This document shows, one piece after another, positions 1 to 9,555 of a stretch of DNA of 49,971 bases. Numbering within the stretch: the stretch's first letter is position 1; each line of letters opens with the position of its first letter. Source of the DNA: Candidatus Woesearchaeota archaeon (GTDB lineage Archaea; Nanobdellota; Nanobdellia; SCGC-AAA011-G17; PNOQ01); NCBI GenBank assembly GCA_018693795.1, contig JABHMJ010000043.1:1-49971 (forward strand). The letters are read 5' to 3'. The notes under the pieces were generated by a model. The model saw only the letters and a program-made list of their open reading frames with translations. It made no database searches and had not been told where the DNA came from. The position numbers and the translations under genes are program-made.

Positions 1-2
1 AT

Positions 3-2360
3 AAAAATTATTTTTTCTTAGAAGAAAATTTAGAGAACTTCTCAACTGAATTAAACAAAATAAATGATACATTCGTTAATCTAAATGATATTCTTCTTGT
101 TAGAGAGGAATATGAAGCTCTCAATGATGAAATAAAGAAAATTGTAATAAAATATTCAGGATTAGAAAAAAAAGACAGATTAATGGACACTTTCAAAAAA
201 TTATATTGGAGTAAAGTTTTAGAAAACATATTGAAAAAGGGAAACATTATTCCACCAAAAGATTTAGTTGAAAAATATCGATTAAATGCATTCGAAGTTA
301 GTGATAACTGGAGATTTAAAATAATGGGTGCTGCAAATATGAAAAAACCTTCTTTAGCTATAACCAGCTCTGGATCTAGCGAAGTTTCAATACTCAGAAG
401 GGAAGGAAAAAAGAAGAGAAGATTAAAACCCATAAGAGATTTATTATCTGAAACATCTGATTTATCTTTTAGCTTAAAACCTTGTTTTATGATGAGTCCA
501 CTGAGTGTAAGCCAATATATTGATCCAAATAAAATAAAATTTGATGTAGTAATCTTTGATGAAGCTTCTCAGATTATGCCCCAGGATGCGGTTCCCTGTC
601 TAATGAGGTCCAAACAAGCAATAATTATGGGAGATACTCAACAACTACCTCCCACTACATTTTTTAGTTCACAGGATGAAGAAGAAGTAGAAGAAGAGAT
701 TGAGGATTTAGAAAGTTTTTTGAGTGAAGCTAGCATAAAATTTAGAGAAAAAAGTTTAGATTGGCATTATAGGAGCAATGATGAATCTCTTATTGCATTT
801 TCAAACCATTTTTTCTATGATGGAAGATTAATAACATTTCCAAATTCTTCTAATTCAAATGGTTTAGAACATATCTATGTAAAAGAAGGAGTTTATGATA
901 GAGGAAAATCAAGAAAGAATAGAAAAGAAGCAAAAGCAATTGTTGAAAGCTATGTTTCTCTAAAAAAGAAGTATCCCACTAAATCATTCGGCATAATAGC
1001 TTTTAGTATAGCTCAAGAAAATGCAATAAGAGAGGAATTCCAACTAAAAAAAATAGATTTAGATGCAAGTATAGGATCTGAAAAAGAAGACCTTTTTGTA
1101 AAGAATTTAGAAACTGTTCAAGGAGATGAAAGAGACATAATCATTATCTCAGTTGGTTACGGGAAAAGTTCAGATGGTAAATTAAGTTATAACTTTGGTC
1201 CAATAAATAAAGAGGGAGGATTTAAAAGATTAAACGTAGCGATAACTCGTTCTAGATTTAAAACCCTAATCTTTTCAAGTATTTTACCAACTATGTTGGA
1301 TGAGGACAAAATAAATTCTCAGGGTCTAAGGAACCTTAAACAATATATGACCTATGCAAGGAAGAAAAATATTGGCGGTTTGATTAGTTCGACCGAACAC
1401 TTAAATTTTGATTCTGGTTTTGAGGAATCCGTTTATGATAGTTTAATTAATGAAGGTTACGATGTAAGTTGCCAAGTTGGTTGTTCAGGTTATAAGGTAG
1501 ACCTAGCAATAAAACACCCCAAAAACAAAGGAGAATATATTTTGGGAGTTGAATGTGATGGTGCCCAGTATCATTCATCAAGATATGCGAGAGATCGGGA
1601 TAAAGTCAGACAAGATGTTCTAGAAAGGCTGGGGTGGAAAATTCACAGGATTTGGTCTGATGACTGGTTAAATAATCGAGAACACGAATTGGAAAAAATA
1701 AAAAACAAAATAAATTCTCTATTGAAAAGTAAAAAAAAATTTGAAAAGAAGCAGGATAATCAATTTTTAGATGCAGATGAAGAACATTTAGAAGAAAAAG
1801 AAATAGAGGATTTATTTGAAAGTTATGAATTTGCAGATATTCCTACAAGGAGAAGAAAGCTCGAATATGATTCATATGGAGACTTATATGATGAAGAGTA
1901 TATAAAAAGATTAATCAGAGAAGTTTTAAGTATAGAGGAACCAATAGAAAAATCCCTACTATATAAGAGGGTGGCAAATTCATTTGGGATAAGAAAGGTT
2001 GGAGCAAGAATTAAAAGAAATTTTGATGGTTTAATTAATGAAATGGGTATACAAAAGAATGGAGAAACCCTATCCTGGAAAAGAATAACAGGTATCTTTC
2101 CCCCTAGAATTTCAAATGAAGAGGTTAGGCCTTTTATATACATACCAAAAGAAGAATTGGCAGGCGCACTTATTGAAATATTAAAAAATAATTTTTCAAC
2201 AGATAGAAAATCAATAATGAAGGATGTCACTAAAATTTATAATATAAATCGTTTGGGTAATAAAGTTCATAAAAAAGTGGAAGAAGCTATCAAATATTTA
2301 AAAAGGAAGAAATTAATTGAGGAATTCGATGGAAAAATACGGAAAACTAAGGAAAAATGA
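3..2360 (+). CDS. SF1 (Upf1/DNA2-like) helicase C-terminal half fused to a Vsr/DUF559-type endonuclease domain and a DUF3320-like tail; 5'-truncated by the window edge
   Basis: The frame is open from nt 3, with no stop before the Met at 183, so the gene begins upstream of the window. Helicase motifs: VVIFDEASQI (II), IIMGDTQQLPPT (III), VQGDERDIIIIS (V), LNVAITRSR (VI). These are followed by GYKVDLAI...LGVECDGAQYH...RDRDKVRQDVLERLGWKIHRIW (REase-fold Vsr/DUF559 signature) and a ~230-aa C-terminal tail. Confidence 0.85.
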   Translation, partial: KNYFFLEENLENFSTELNKINDTFVNLNDILLVREEYEALNDEIKKIVIKYSGLEKKDRLMDTFKKLYWSKVLENILKKGNIIPPKDLVEKYRLNAFEVSDNWRFKIMGAANMKKPSLAITSSGSSEVSILRREGKKKRRLKPIRDLLSETSDLSFSLKPCFMMSPLSVSQYIDPNKIKFDVVIFDEASQIMPQDAVPCLMRSKQAIIMGDTQQLPPTTFFSSQDEEEVEEEIEDLESFLSEASIKFREKSLDWHYRSNDESLIAFSNHFFYDGRLITFPNSSNSNGLEHIYVKEGVYDRGKSRKNRKEAKAIVESYVSLKKKYPTKSFGIIAFSIAQENAIREEFQLKKIDLDASIGSEKEDLFVKNLETVQGDERDIIIISVGYGKSSDGKLSYNFGPINKEGGFKRLNVAITRSRFKTLIFSSILPTMLDEDKINSQGLRNLKQYMTYARKKNIGGLISSTEHLNFDSGFEESVYDSLINEGYDVSCQVGCSGYKVDLAIKHPKNKGEYILGVECDGAQYHSSRYARDRDKVRQDVLERLGWKIHRIWSDDWLNNREHELEKIKNKINSLLKSKKKFEKKQDNQFLDADEEHLEEKEIEDLFESYEFADIPTRRRKLEYDSYGDLYDEEYIKRLIREVLSIEEPIEKSLLYKRVANSFGIRKVGARIKRNFDGLINEMGIQKNGETLSWKRITGIFPPRISNEEVRPFIYIPKEELAGALIEILKNNFSTDRKSIMKDVTKIYNINRLGNKVHKKVEEAIKYLKRKKLIEEFDGKIRKTKEK

Positions 2361-3820
2361 AAACGCTAACTAAATCTAAATATTTACTGGGATTACAATG
2401 CCCTAGACAGGTTTGGGTACATTTTCATGAACCAGATAAGGTTCCAGAAGTTGATGCGGCAACTCAAAAAATATTCGATGAGGGAAATGAAGTTGGCGAA
2501 CTAGTAAAAGAACTATTCCCTGGCGGAATTGATCTGCCAACTAAAGACTTTTTGGGCAACATTCAATTAACTAAAGGTTCCCTAAATGAAGGAAAACCTT
2601 TATTTGAGCCAGGATTTTTAACAGAAGATGGATTGTTTTCTAGAGGAGATATTTTACTTCCAACAGAAAATGGATGGGACATAATCGAAGTCAAAAGCGG
2701 TTCTAAAGTTAAAGATATTAACGTTGAAGATGTAGCATTTCAAAAATATTGTTATCAGAAATGCGGATTAAAAATAAATAAATGTTATTTAATGCATCTA
2801 AATAATGAATATGTTAGGGATGGAGATTTGGATGTCCAAGAACTATTCATACAAGAGGATATTACAGAAAGAGTAGAAGAAATATTGCCACAAGTTCCTG
2901 AGAAAATTCAATTAATAAAGGAAACAGTGGATGATCCAATAAGTCCAGAAAATAAAATTGGGTCCCATTGTAGTAAACCATATAATTGTCCATTTCAAGA
3001 GGAATGTTGGAGTTTTTTACCAGAAAATCATGTTGCTCACTTATATAGGGGGGGTGCCAAAGCTTTTGAATTAATTGATGGGAATATTCATGCTCTAAAA
3101 GATATTCCAGATGAATATAAACTAAATGATAAACAGCAAATTCAAAAAGAATGTGCTAAAACAGGAAAACCACATATACATAAAGAATCTCTGAAGCATT
3201 TTCTTTCAGGTTTAAAATATCCATTGTATTACTTGGATTTTGAAACATTTTCTACTGCAGTTCCAAAATTTGATGGATTAAAACCTTACCAACAAGTTCC
3301 TTTTCAATATAGTTTACATGTTGTTGACTCCCCTGGTGCAGAACCAAAACATTATTCTTTTTTGTATAAAGGAAAGGAAGATCCTCGTAAGGAGTTTATT
3401 TCTTCTTTAAAGAAAGTTTTAGGAGAAGCAGGAGATATAATTGTTTATAATCAAAGTTTTGAAATTTCTCGTTTAAGAGAAACTGCTGCTTTTCTTCCAG
3501 AGTATAATGATTGGGTAGAAAGTGTTGTAGGTCGTGTTGTTGATTTATTGATTCCATTTAGAAATTTTAGTTATTATAATCCAAAACAAGAGGGTTCAGC
3601 TTCTTTGAAATATGTTTTACCTGCTTTAACTGGCAAAGATTATTCACATTTGGGGATAAATAATGGTTCTGATGCTCTTTTACAATTTTATAATGCTACT
3701 TATGGAAATGCTTCAGAGGAAGAAAGAGAGAAAGTTTTCAAAGATTTAGAAGAATATTGTGAATTAGATACTTTGGGTATGGTTTGGATTGTTGATGCTT
3801 TGGGGGAATTGATAGGATAA
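2357..3820 (+). CDS. DUF2779-like protein: N-terminal Cas4/RecB-type PD-(D/E)XK nuclease with four Cys, C-terminal DEDDy-like exonuclease-like half
   Basis: Its ATG overlaps the upstream stop (ATGA at 2357-2360). N-terminal half: GDIL...DIIEVKSG...VAFQKYCY (D / ExK / QxxxY), plus Cys in LQCPRQ and HCSKPYNCPFQEEC. C-terminal half: YYLDFETF (DxE), IVYNQSFEISRL, EYCELDTLG (YxxxD). Confidence 0.7.
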   Translation: MKTLTKSKYLLGLQCPRQVWVHFHEPDKVPEVDAATQKIFDEGNEVGELVKELFPGGIDLPTKDFLGNIQLTKGSLNEGKPLFEPGFLTEDGLFSRGDILLPTENGWDIIEVKSGSKVKDINVEDVAFQKYCYQKCGLKINKCYLMHLNNEYVRDGDLDVQELFIQEDITERVEEILPQVPEKIQLIKETVDDPISPENKIGSHCSKPYNCPFQEECWSFLPENHVAHLYRGGAKAFELIDGNIHALKDIPDEYKLNDKQQIQKECAKTGKPHIHKESLKHFLSGLKYPLYYLDFETFSTAVPKFDGLKPYQQVPFQYSLHVVDSPGAEPKHYSFLYKGKEDPRKEFISSLKKVLGEAGDIIVYNQSFEISRLRETAAFLPEYNDWVESVVGRVVDLLIPFRNFSYYNPKQEGSASLKYVLPALTGKDYSHLGINNGSDALLQFYNATYGNASEEEREKVFKDLEEYCELDTLGMVWIVDALGELIG

Positions 3821-3822
3821 GA

Positions 3823-3833
3823 CTTATAAATTT
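3823..3833 (+). promoter_or_regulatory. TATA-like box upstream of mod
   Basis: CTTATAAATTT is centred ~31 nt upstream of the ATG at 3859. A second copy, CTTTATAAATT, lies at 3837-3847. Confidence 0.35.
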
Positions 3834-3858
3834 AAACTTTATAAATTATTTAATTAAA

Positions 3859-5847
3859 ATGTCAATTAAAATGAAAAAACAACAAACAACAAACAACATT
3901 GCAATTCCCAATAAAGATTTAGAAATTCTCAAAAAACATTTTTCTAATTGCTTTGATAAAGGAGGAAATTTTGATATTGAAAAGTTTAAAAAAGAACTAT
4001 CTAAAAATGAAATAGATTTTTCTAAAGAGGGTTATGGGATTGATTGGTTAGGGAAAAATTACGCTAGATTAATTGCAAGTGATAATGCTACAACCCTTCT
4101 AAAAGGAAATAAAGATTGGAATAAAAAAGATGAAAATAAAGATTCCAAAAACTTGCTTATAAAAGGGGATAATCTAGAAGTATTAAAACATCTTTCAAAC
4201 AATTACTATGAAAAAATAAAAATTATATATATTGATCCTCCTTATAACACTGGAAGTGATGGATTTGTATATCAAGATGATAGAAAATTTACAGTAAAAG
4301 AATTATCAAAACTCGCAGGGATAGATGAAGAAAAAGCAAAAAGAATTTTAGAGTTTACTCAAAGTAAAAGCAATTCTCACAGTGCGTGGCTTACTTTTAT
4401 GTATCCAAGGTTGTATATTGCAAAACAACTTTTAAAAGATGAAGGGGTTATTTTTATTTCAATTGATGATAATGAGGTTGCGCAATTAAGACTTTTAATG
4501 GATGAAATTTTTGGAGAAGAAAATTCTCTCGATAGGGGAACTTTGATATGGGTCAACAAGGGCAGTACAAAGGGGTTTAATAAAATTGTAAAAAACCACG
4601 AATATATTCTGGCTTATGGAAAAAACGCAAGTTTGGTTAAAAGTTTTTATGGTAAAAACCATATAGATGAATTAGATATTATTAATGAAAGACTCCAAAT
4701 TAAAAGAACTCTAAAAAATCCTACATCTCAAGTTTTATTTCCAAAGGGCATAAAAATAGAAGAAGTAGACAACACTCTTTTTGAAAATTCTGTGGGAGGG
4801 AAAACAGGCAGAATTGACATTATTAATAATAATAGAAAAATGATTTTTGAAAATGGACGCCTAAAACATGACATAATCCTAGAGGCCGCATTTCCGTATA
4901 AAAATCAAATGATTAAATTTTTTAAAAATGATGGTGAAGTTTATGATTTTAAAGGTCAAAAATGGCTTGAAGTATATTTCAAAAAAACAGGAATACCCTA
5001 TTTTAAAAAAGAGAGAAATACAAAAATTATAAGCTCCATTTTGGATGACTGTGGCAATTCCGGTTTAAAAGATGTTGAAAAATTGAATATTCCTTTTAAT
5101 AATCCAAAACCAGTGAATTTAATTGAGAAAATTATTGACTATTTTTCCTCAAATGAAGATGTCATCCTCGATTTCTTCGCTGGATCTGGAACAACAGGAG
5201 AAGCAGTAATGCAGTTAAATTCTGATACAAAGGGGAATAGAAAATATATTCTAGTTCAACTTCCTGAAGAAATAAATCCTCAGAAAGACAAAATCTCATA
5301 TGATTTTGTTAAAAAAGAATTAAAAATAAAAAACCCCACAATTTTTGATATAACAAAAGAAAGATTATATAGGTCAGCCAAAAAGATAAAAGAAGATAAA
5401 GAAAAAACAACAGACATAGATTTTGGATTTAAAATATTTGAAACAATACCTATTTGGGAAGATTATAATTTTGATACGGAAGAGTTTAGTTCACAAACAA
5501 AACTTTTCAATGAAAGTAATTTAAGAAAAGAGGACTTACAAATTCTTCTAACAACTTGGAAAACTTATGATGGAATTCCGCTTACACAAGATTTAAAAGA
5601 AATAAATTTAGATGGATATACTGGATATTACTTTGACAATAAATTATACTTGATAGATAAAGGATTTAAAACAAAAAATCTTAAAAAATTATTAACTGAA
5701 ATTGATGAAAACAAAGAGTTTAATCCTGCAATTGTTATTGTATTTGGTTATAATTTTGAAAGTAAAGTTTTAAGAGAAATTGCAGAAAATATAAAAAACT
5801 ATTCTAATAAAAAAAATATGGGAGTTGATTTTGTAACAAGATATTAA
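3859..5847 (+). CDS. mod: Type III restriction-modification system methyltransferase (Mod), N6-adenine, beta-class motif order
   Basis: IYIDPPYNTGSD (motif IV, DPPY) precedes DFFAGSGTTGEA (motif I, FxGxG), with a long variable region between them. The gene lies immediately upstream of a Res-type gene. Confidence 0.9.
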   Translation: MSIKMKKQQTTNNIAIPNKDLEILKKHFSNCFDKGGNFDIEKFKKELSKNEIDFSKEGYGIDWLGKNYARLIASDNATTLLKGNKDWNKKDENKDSKNLLIKGDNLEVLKHLSNNYYEKIKIIYIDPPYNTGSDGFVYQDDRKFTVKELSKLAGIDEEKAKRILEFTQSKSNSHSAWLTFMYPRLYIAKQLLKDEGVIFISIDDNEVAQLRLLMDEIFGEENSLDRGTLIWVNKGSTKGFNKIVKNHEYILAYGKNASLVKSFYGKNHIDELDIINERLQIKRTLKNPTSQVLFPKGIKIEEVDNTLFENSVGGKTGRIDIINNNRKMIFENGRLKHDIILEAAFPYKNQMIKFFKNDGEVYDFKGQKWLEVYFKKTGIPYFKKERNTKIISSILDDCGNSGLKDVEKLNIPFNNPKPVNLIEKIIDYFSSNEDVILDFFAGSGTTGEAVMQLNSDTKGNRKYILVQLPEEINPQKDKISYDFVKKELKIKNPTIFDITKERLYRSAKKIKEDKEKTTDIDFGFKIFETIPIWEDYNFDTEEFSSQTKLFNESNLRKEDLQILLTTWKTYDGIPLTQDLKEINLDGYTGYYFDNKLYLIDKGFKTKNLKKLLTEIDENKEFNPAIVIVFGYNFESKVLREIAENIKNYSNKKNMGVDFVTRY

Positions 5848-5848
5848 A

Positions 5849-8713
5849 ATGGCGGGATTTAATTTTGAAAAAAACTTAGAACATCAAAGTCAGGCAGTAA
5901 ACTCTACGGTGGGTGTTTTTGATAGTGTAGAAATAACAAAACCAAAAGGGATAGAAAAAGAATTCACCAATCCCTTCTTGATTAAAGATACAAGTTTTAA
6001 ATATGTGAAAAATATAGGGAATATTCAAGAACAAAATAGTATCGAAAGAAGTGTAAAAGGTAGGAGCAATATTCTTGATATTATGATGGAAACCGGAACA
6101 GGAAAAACTTATGCTTACACCAAAACTATTTTTGAACTCAATAAATTATATGGAATCTTTAAGTTTGTAATTGTGGTGCCCACATTACCCATTAAAGCAG
6201 GGACAATTGATTTTTTAAATTCAGATAGCGCGAGAGAACATTTTAAGGAACAATACGGTAAAACAATAAAAATCCATATTGTAGAAAGTAAAAATGGTAG
6301 GAAAAATAAAAAATCTTATATGCCTCCTGCCATAAATAGTTTTGTCAATGCGGGAAGTTTTGAAAAAAATAAAATTCAAGTATTAATAATAAATGCGGGG
6401 ATGGTTAATTCCAAAACCATGCAAGAAAAGTTTGATAGAACTTTATTAGATAAACATACAATCCCTTTTGAAGCTATCTCTGCAACAAAACCTTTTATGA
6501 TTATTGATGAGCCCCATAAGTTTACTAAAGAAAATACAACATGGCAAAATATTCAGAAAATGGATCCCCAATTTATTCTTAGATATGGTGCAACCTTTAA
6601 AGAAAATGAAAATCTAATTTATAACTTAACTGCTGTTGATTCCTTTAATAGAAATCTAGTAAAGGGAGTTATTGGCCACATTACAGAATTTGAAACTGGG
6701 AAAAATGCAATAATAAAATTTGTAAATTCTGATGGCAAAGAAGCAAGTTTAGATTTAATAGAAAATGATAAAAAGAAATCATTTAAGATTATTGCAAAAG
6801 AAAGTTTAGAAAAAATGCATAATGCAATGGCAGATTTGTATATTGAAAATTTAAACAAAACCACAATTATTTTGTCTAATGGATTAGAATTAAAAAAAGG
6901 AGATAAAATAAATCCATATTCTTATGCAGAAACATTGCAAGAAACAATGATTCAAAAAGCGATTAAACATCATTTTGAACAAGAAAAGAAATATCTTACA
7001 AGGGTAGTCAAAATAAAGCCACTAACTCTGTTTTTTATTGATAATATTGAAGAATATAGAAATAAAGAAGGGTATCTAAAAAAAACTGTTGAAAAATATA
7101 TAAAAGTAGAAGTTAAGAAATTGTTAAAAACAGAAAAAGATAAATTCTATAAAGAATACTTAGAAAAAACTTTGCAAGATATTTCAAAAACTCACGGAGG
7201 TTATTTTTCTAAAGATAATAGTGAAAAAGATGAGGCAATTGAAAAAGAAGTAAATGAAATTTTGCACGATAAACAAGAAATACTAGATTTAGAAAATCCA
7301 AGAAGATTTATTTTTTCTAAATGGACATTAAGGGAAGGGTGGGACAATCCAAATATTTTTCAGATTTGTAAATTAAGAAGTAGTGGATCAGAGATTTCAA
7401 AATTACAAGAGGTAGGTCGTGGGCTTCGTTTGCCAGTAAATCAATATGGAAATCGTGTAAAAAATGAACAATTTTTCTTAAATTATTTTGTAGATTTTAC
7501 TGAGAATGATTTTGTAGAACAATTGGTAAATGAAATAAACGAAAAATCAGGGGCAATTTCAATAGAAGATACCCCCAAAAAACTTACAGGTGAAATAATT
7601 AAACAAATAGTTGAAAAATATAATATCCAGGAAGAAAAATTGTTAGAAAAGCTAGATGGTGCAAGTGTTATCAAAAGGAATAATGATTTTAAAACAGATG
7701 GATTTGAGTATATAAAAACAAATTATCCGCTTATTTTTGAAGGGATAAATTCAAACAAAGTTAGAAGAGTCGCAGATACCAAAAAGAAACTGGGGATAAG
7801 GGTTAAAAAATACGCAGAATTAAAAGATTTGTGGGAAAAACTTAATGAAAAAGTTGTATTAGAATATAAAATAGAAAATGAAAACAAATTTAAAGAACTT
7901 TTTATAGATTTTTTAAAAAACAACCCTTCTTTTTCAATTGAAGGGGTAAAAGAGAAAATAGCAAAAATAACCTTTGAAAAAAAACAAGCTACCTTAAAAG
8001 AAGAAGTTGCAATCTATGGAAATAAAATAAAACCTATCTCAACAATGAGATATGATGAATTTTTGAAACAACTATCTAAAATTTTACATATTAATTTAAA
8101 AACTTTGCATCAGTGTTTTGTTGAAACAAAAATAGAAATAGATAAATATCAAAATCAATCTACTATTAGATTTTTCCAAAAAAAATTTAATGATTACTTG
8201 ATGTATGAGGCTTTGAACAAATTTACAATTGAATATAAAAAAGTAACAGGTTCCATTCATCCAACAAAATTTACAAATGTTGATGGCAAAGTTAAAGATG
8301 AAATTGACGCTTCTGATGTAGGGTTACTTTATTCGGATGACCTTGTAGCAAACAATTATTTTTTTGAGGAATTATTTTATGATTCAGAATTAGAAAAAGA
8401 AAATATAAAAACAAAAGTAAGTGAAGTGATTGTTTTTACTAAGATACCTAAAAATTCAATTAGGATACCTGTTGCAGGAGGTAAAAGCTATTCTCCCGAT
8501 TTTGCTTATGTCTTAAATTTTGAGGATGGCAAAAAGAAATTGTATTTTATTGTTGAAACAAAAAATACTGATGAAGAAAGCCTAAGAAAAGAAGAAATAC
8601 AAAAGATTAAACATGCAGAAAAATTCTTTGGGGATACTATAAAAATAAAATTCAAAACACAATTTAGTGATAGGAAAATAGCAACTTTAATTCAAGAGAT
8701 ATATAATAAATAA
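5849..8713 (+). CDS. res: Type III restriction enzyme Res subunit (SF2 helicase plus C-terminal PD-(D/E)XK nuclease)
   Basis: Starts 1 nt after the mod stop. Motifs: METGTGKTY (Walker A/motif I), MIIDEPHK (motif II), QEVGRGLRLPV (motif VI), and C-terminal SPDFAYVL...YFIVETKNT (D...ExK). Confidence 0.9.
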   Translation: MAGFNFEKNLEHQSQAVNSTVGVFDSVEITKPKGIEKEFTNPFLIKDTSFKYVKNIGNIQEQNSIERSVKGRSNILDIMMETGTGKTYAYTKTIFELNKLYGIFKFVIVVPTLPIKAGTIDFLNSDSAREHFKEQYGKTIKIHIVESKNGRKNKKSYMPPAINSFVNAGSFEKNKIQVLIINAGMVNSKTMQEKFDRTLLDKHTIPFEAISATKPFMIIDEPHKFTKENTTWQNIQKMDPQFILRYGATFKENENLIYNLTAVDSFNRNLVKGVIGHITEFETGKNAIIKFVNSDGKEASLDLIENDKKKSFKIIAKESLEKMHNAMADLYIENLNKTTIILSNGLELKKGDKINPYSYAETLQETMIQKAIKHHFEQEKKYLTRVVKIKPLTLFFIDNIEEYRNKEGYLKKTVEKYIKVEVKKLLKTEKDKFYKEYLEKTLQDISKTHGGYFSKDNSEKDEAIEKEVNEILHDKQEILDLENPRRFIFSKWTLREGWDNPNIFQICKLRSSGSEISKLQEVGRGLRLPVNQYGNRVKNEQFFLNYFVDFTENDFVEQLVNEINEKSGAISIEDTPKKLTGEIIKQIVEKYNIQEEKLLEKLDGASVIKRNNDFKTDGFEYIKTNYPLIFEGINSNKVRRVADTKKKLGIRVKKYAELKDLWEKLNEKVVLEYKIENENKFKELFIDFLKNNPSFSIEGVKEKIAKITFEKKQATLKEEVAIYGNKIKPISTMRYDEFLKQLSKILHINLKTLHQCFVETKIEIDKYQNQSTIRFFQKKFNDYLMYEALNKFTIEYKKVTGSIHPTKFTNVDGKVKDEIDASDVGLLYSDDLVANNYFFEELFYDSELEKENIKTKVSEVIVFTKIPKNSIRIPVAGGKSYSPDFAYVLNFEDGKKKLYFIVETKNTDEESLRKEEIQKIKHAEKFFGDTIKIKFKTQFSDRKIATLIQEIYNK

Positions 8714-8717
8714 TATT

Positions 8718-9386
8718 TTAGTTATTCTCCTTCCAACTCCAATAATCACACTTCCCAACAATAACATGATCCAAAACAGAAATACCCAATAATTCTCCCG
8801 CTTCTCTAAAAATTTCAGTAACTCTCTCATCCTCAGAACTAGGACTACAATCACCTGAAGGATGATTATGAACTAATATTATGGAATTTGCACTCTCTTT
8901 AATAGCACTCTTAAAAACCTCACGTGGATGAACCAGAGAACTATTTAAGGTACCAACAGAAACAACAGAATCTTTAATAATAAAATTTTTAGTATCTAAA
9001 TACAAACAAAGAAAATACTCTTTTTTACGTTTACCATAAGAATCAACAAAATAATCATAAACATCTTTGGCAGAAGTAATCTTTCGTTTATAACCATGAT
9101 TAACCAATTTATTATATCTTTTACTCAACTCAATTAAAGCTTGTATTCTAAATGCTTTTCCAATATCATTATTACATTCTTTCAACAACTCAGTAAAACC
9201 AAGTTCTTCAAATTTGTGTAAATTATATTTTTTTAATAATCTGTTACTTATTTCTAAAGCACTCTCTTTTTTATCCCCTTTCCCAAATATTATTGATAAT
9301 AACTCTGCAGTATCTAATGAAGAAGCACCCTGTTTTAGTAATTTAGAAGAAGGTTTGTTAAATGAAGGCAAATCTTTTATTTTCAT
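8718..9386 (-). CDS. radC: RadC-like JAB/MPN domain protein
   Basis: JAMM-type motif ILVHNHPSGDCSPSSED. The N-terminal HhH-like segment ELLSIIFGKGDKKESALEISNRLL is typical of the RadC family. Confidence 0.85.
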   Translation of the reverse strand: MKIKDLPSFNKPSSKLLKQGASSLDTAELLSIIFGKGDKKESALEISNRLLKKYNLHKFEELGFTELLKECNNDIGKAFRIQALIELSKRYNKLVNHGYKRKITSAKDVYDYFVDSYGKRKKEYFLCLYLDTKNFIIKDSVVSVGTLNSSLVHPREVFKSAIKESANSIILVHNHPSGDCSPSSEDERVTEIFREAGELLGISVLDHVIVGKCDYWSWKENN

Positions 9387-9426
9387 AAAAAAACTAACTA
9401 AAATCTCTTTAAAAGGTTTTATTTAG

Positions 9427-9501
9427 TTAACTACTAACAAAAGTGTCTCCCATCTCTTCATACCTTTCCACCAATTCCAAAAATATTTCATTTATTTCCA
9501 T
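9427..9501 (-). CDS. Possible 24-aa micro-ORF (MEINEIFLELVERYEEMGDTFVSS) with a strong Shine-Dalgarno
   Basis: On the minus strand, GGAGGTCTAAATG places GGAGG 5 nt upstream of the ATG at 9499-9501, with the TAA at 9427-9429. It lies in the integrase-radC intergenic gap and is below the ORF-track size cut-off. Confidence 0.25.
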   Translation of the reverse strand: MEINEIFLELVERYEEMGDTFVSS

Positions 9502-9555
9502 TTAGACCTCCAATTATTTCAAAGGCCTATTGCTTAACATGTCTAAAGACTCGGT

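Noticed and set aside
8-433. 141-aa minus-strand ORF at the window start. Similar antisense ORFs occur at 1823-2230, 4377-4559, 6619-6864, 7483-7674, 7723-7923, 9214-9426, 11277-11690, 12401-12628 and 13311-13641.
   Set aside because: All lie fully inside, and antisense to, long ORFs with clear family motifs. Their Phe/Ile/Leu/Ser-rich low-complexity translations are what AT-rich antisense frames produce.
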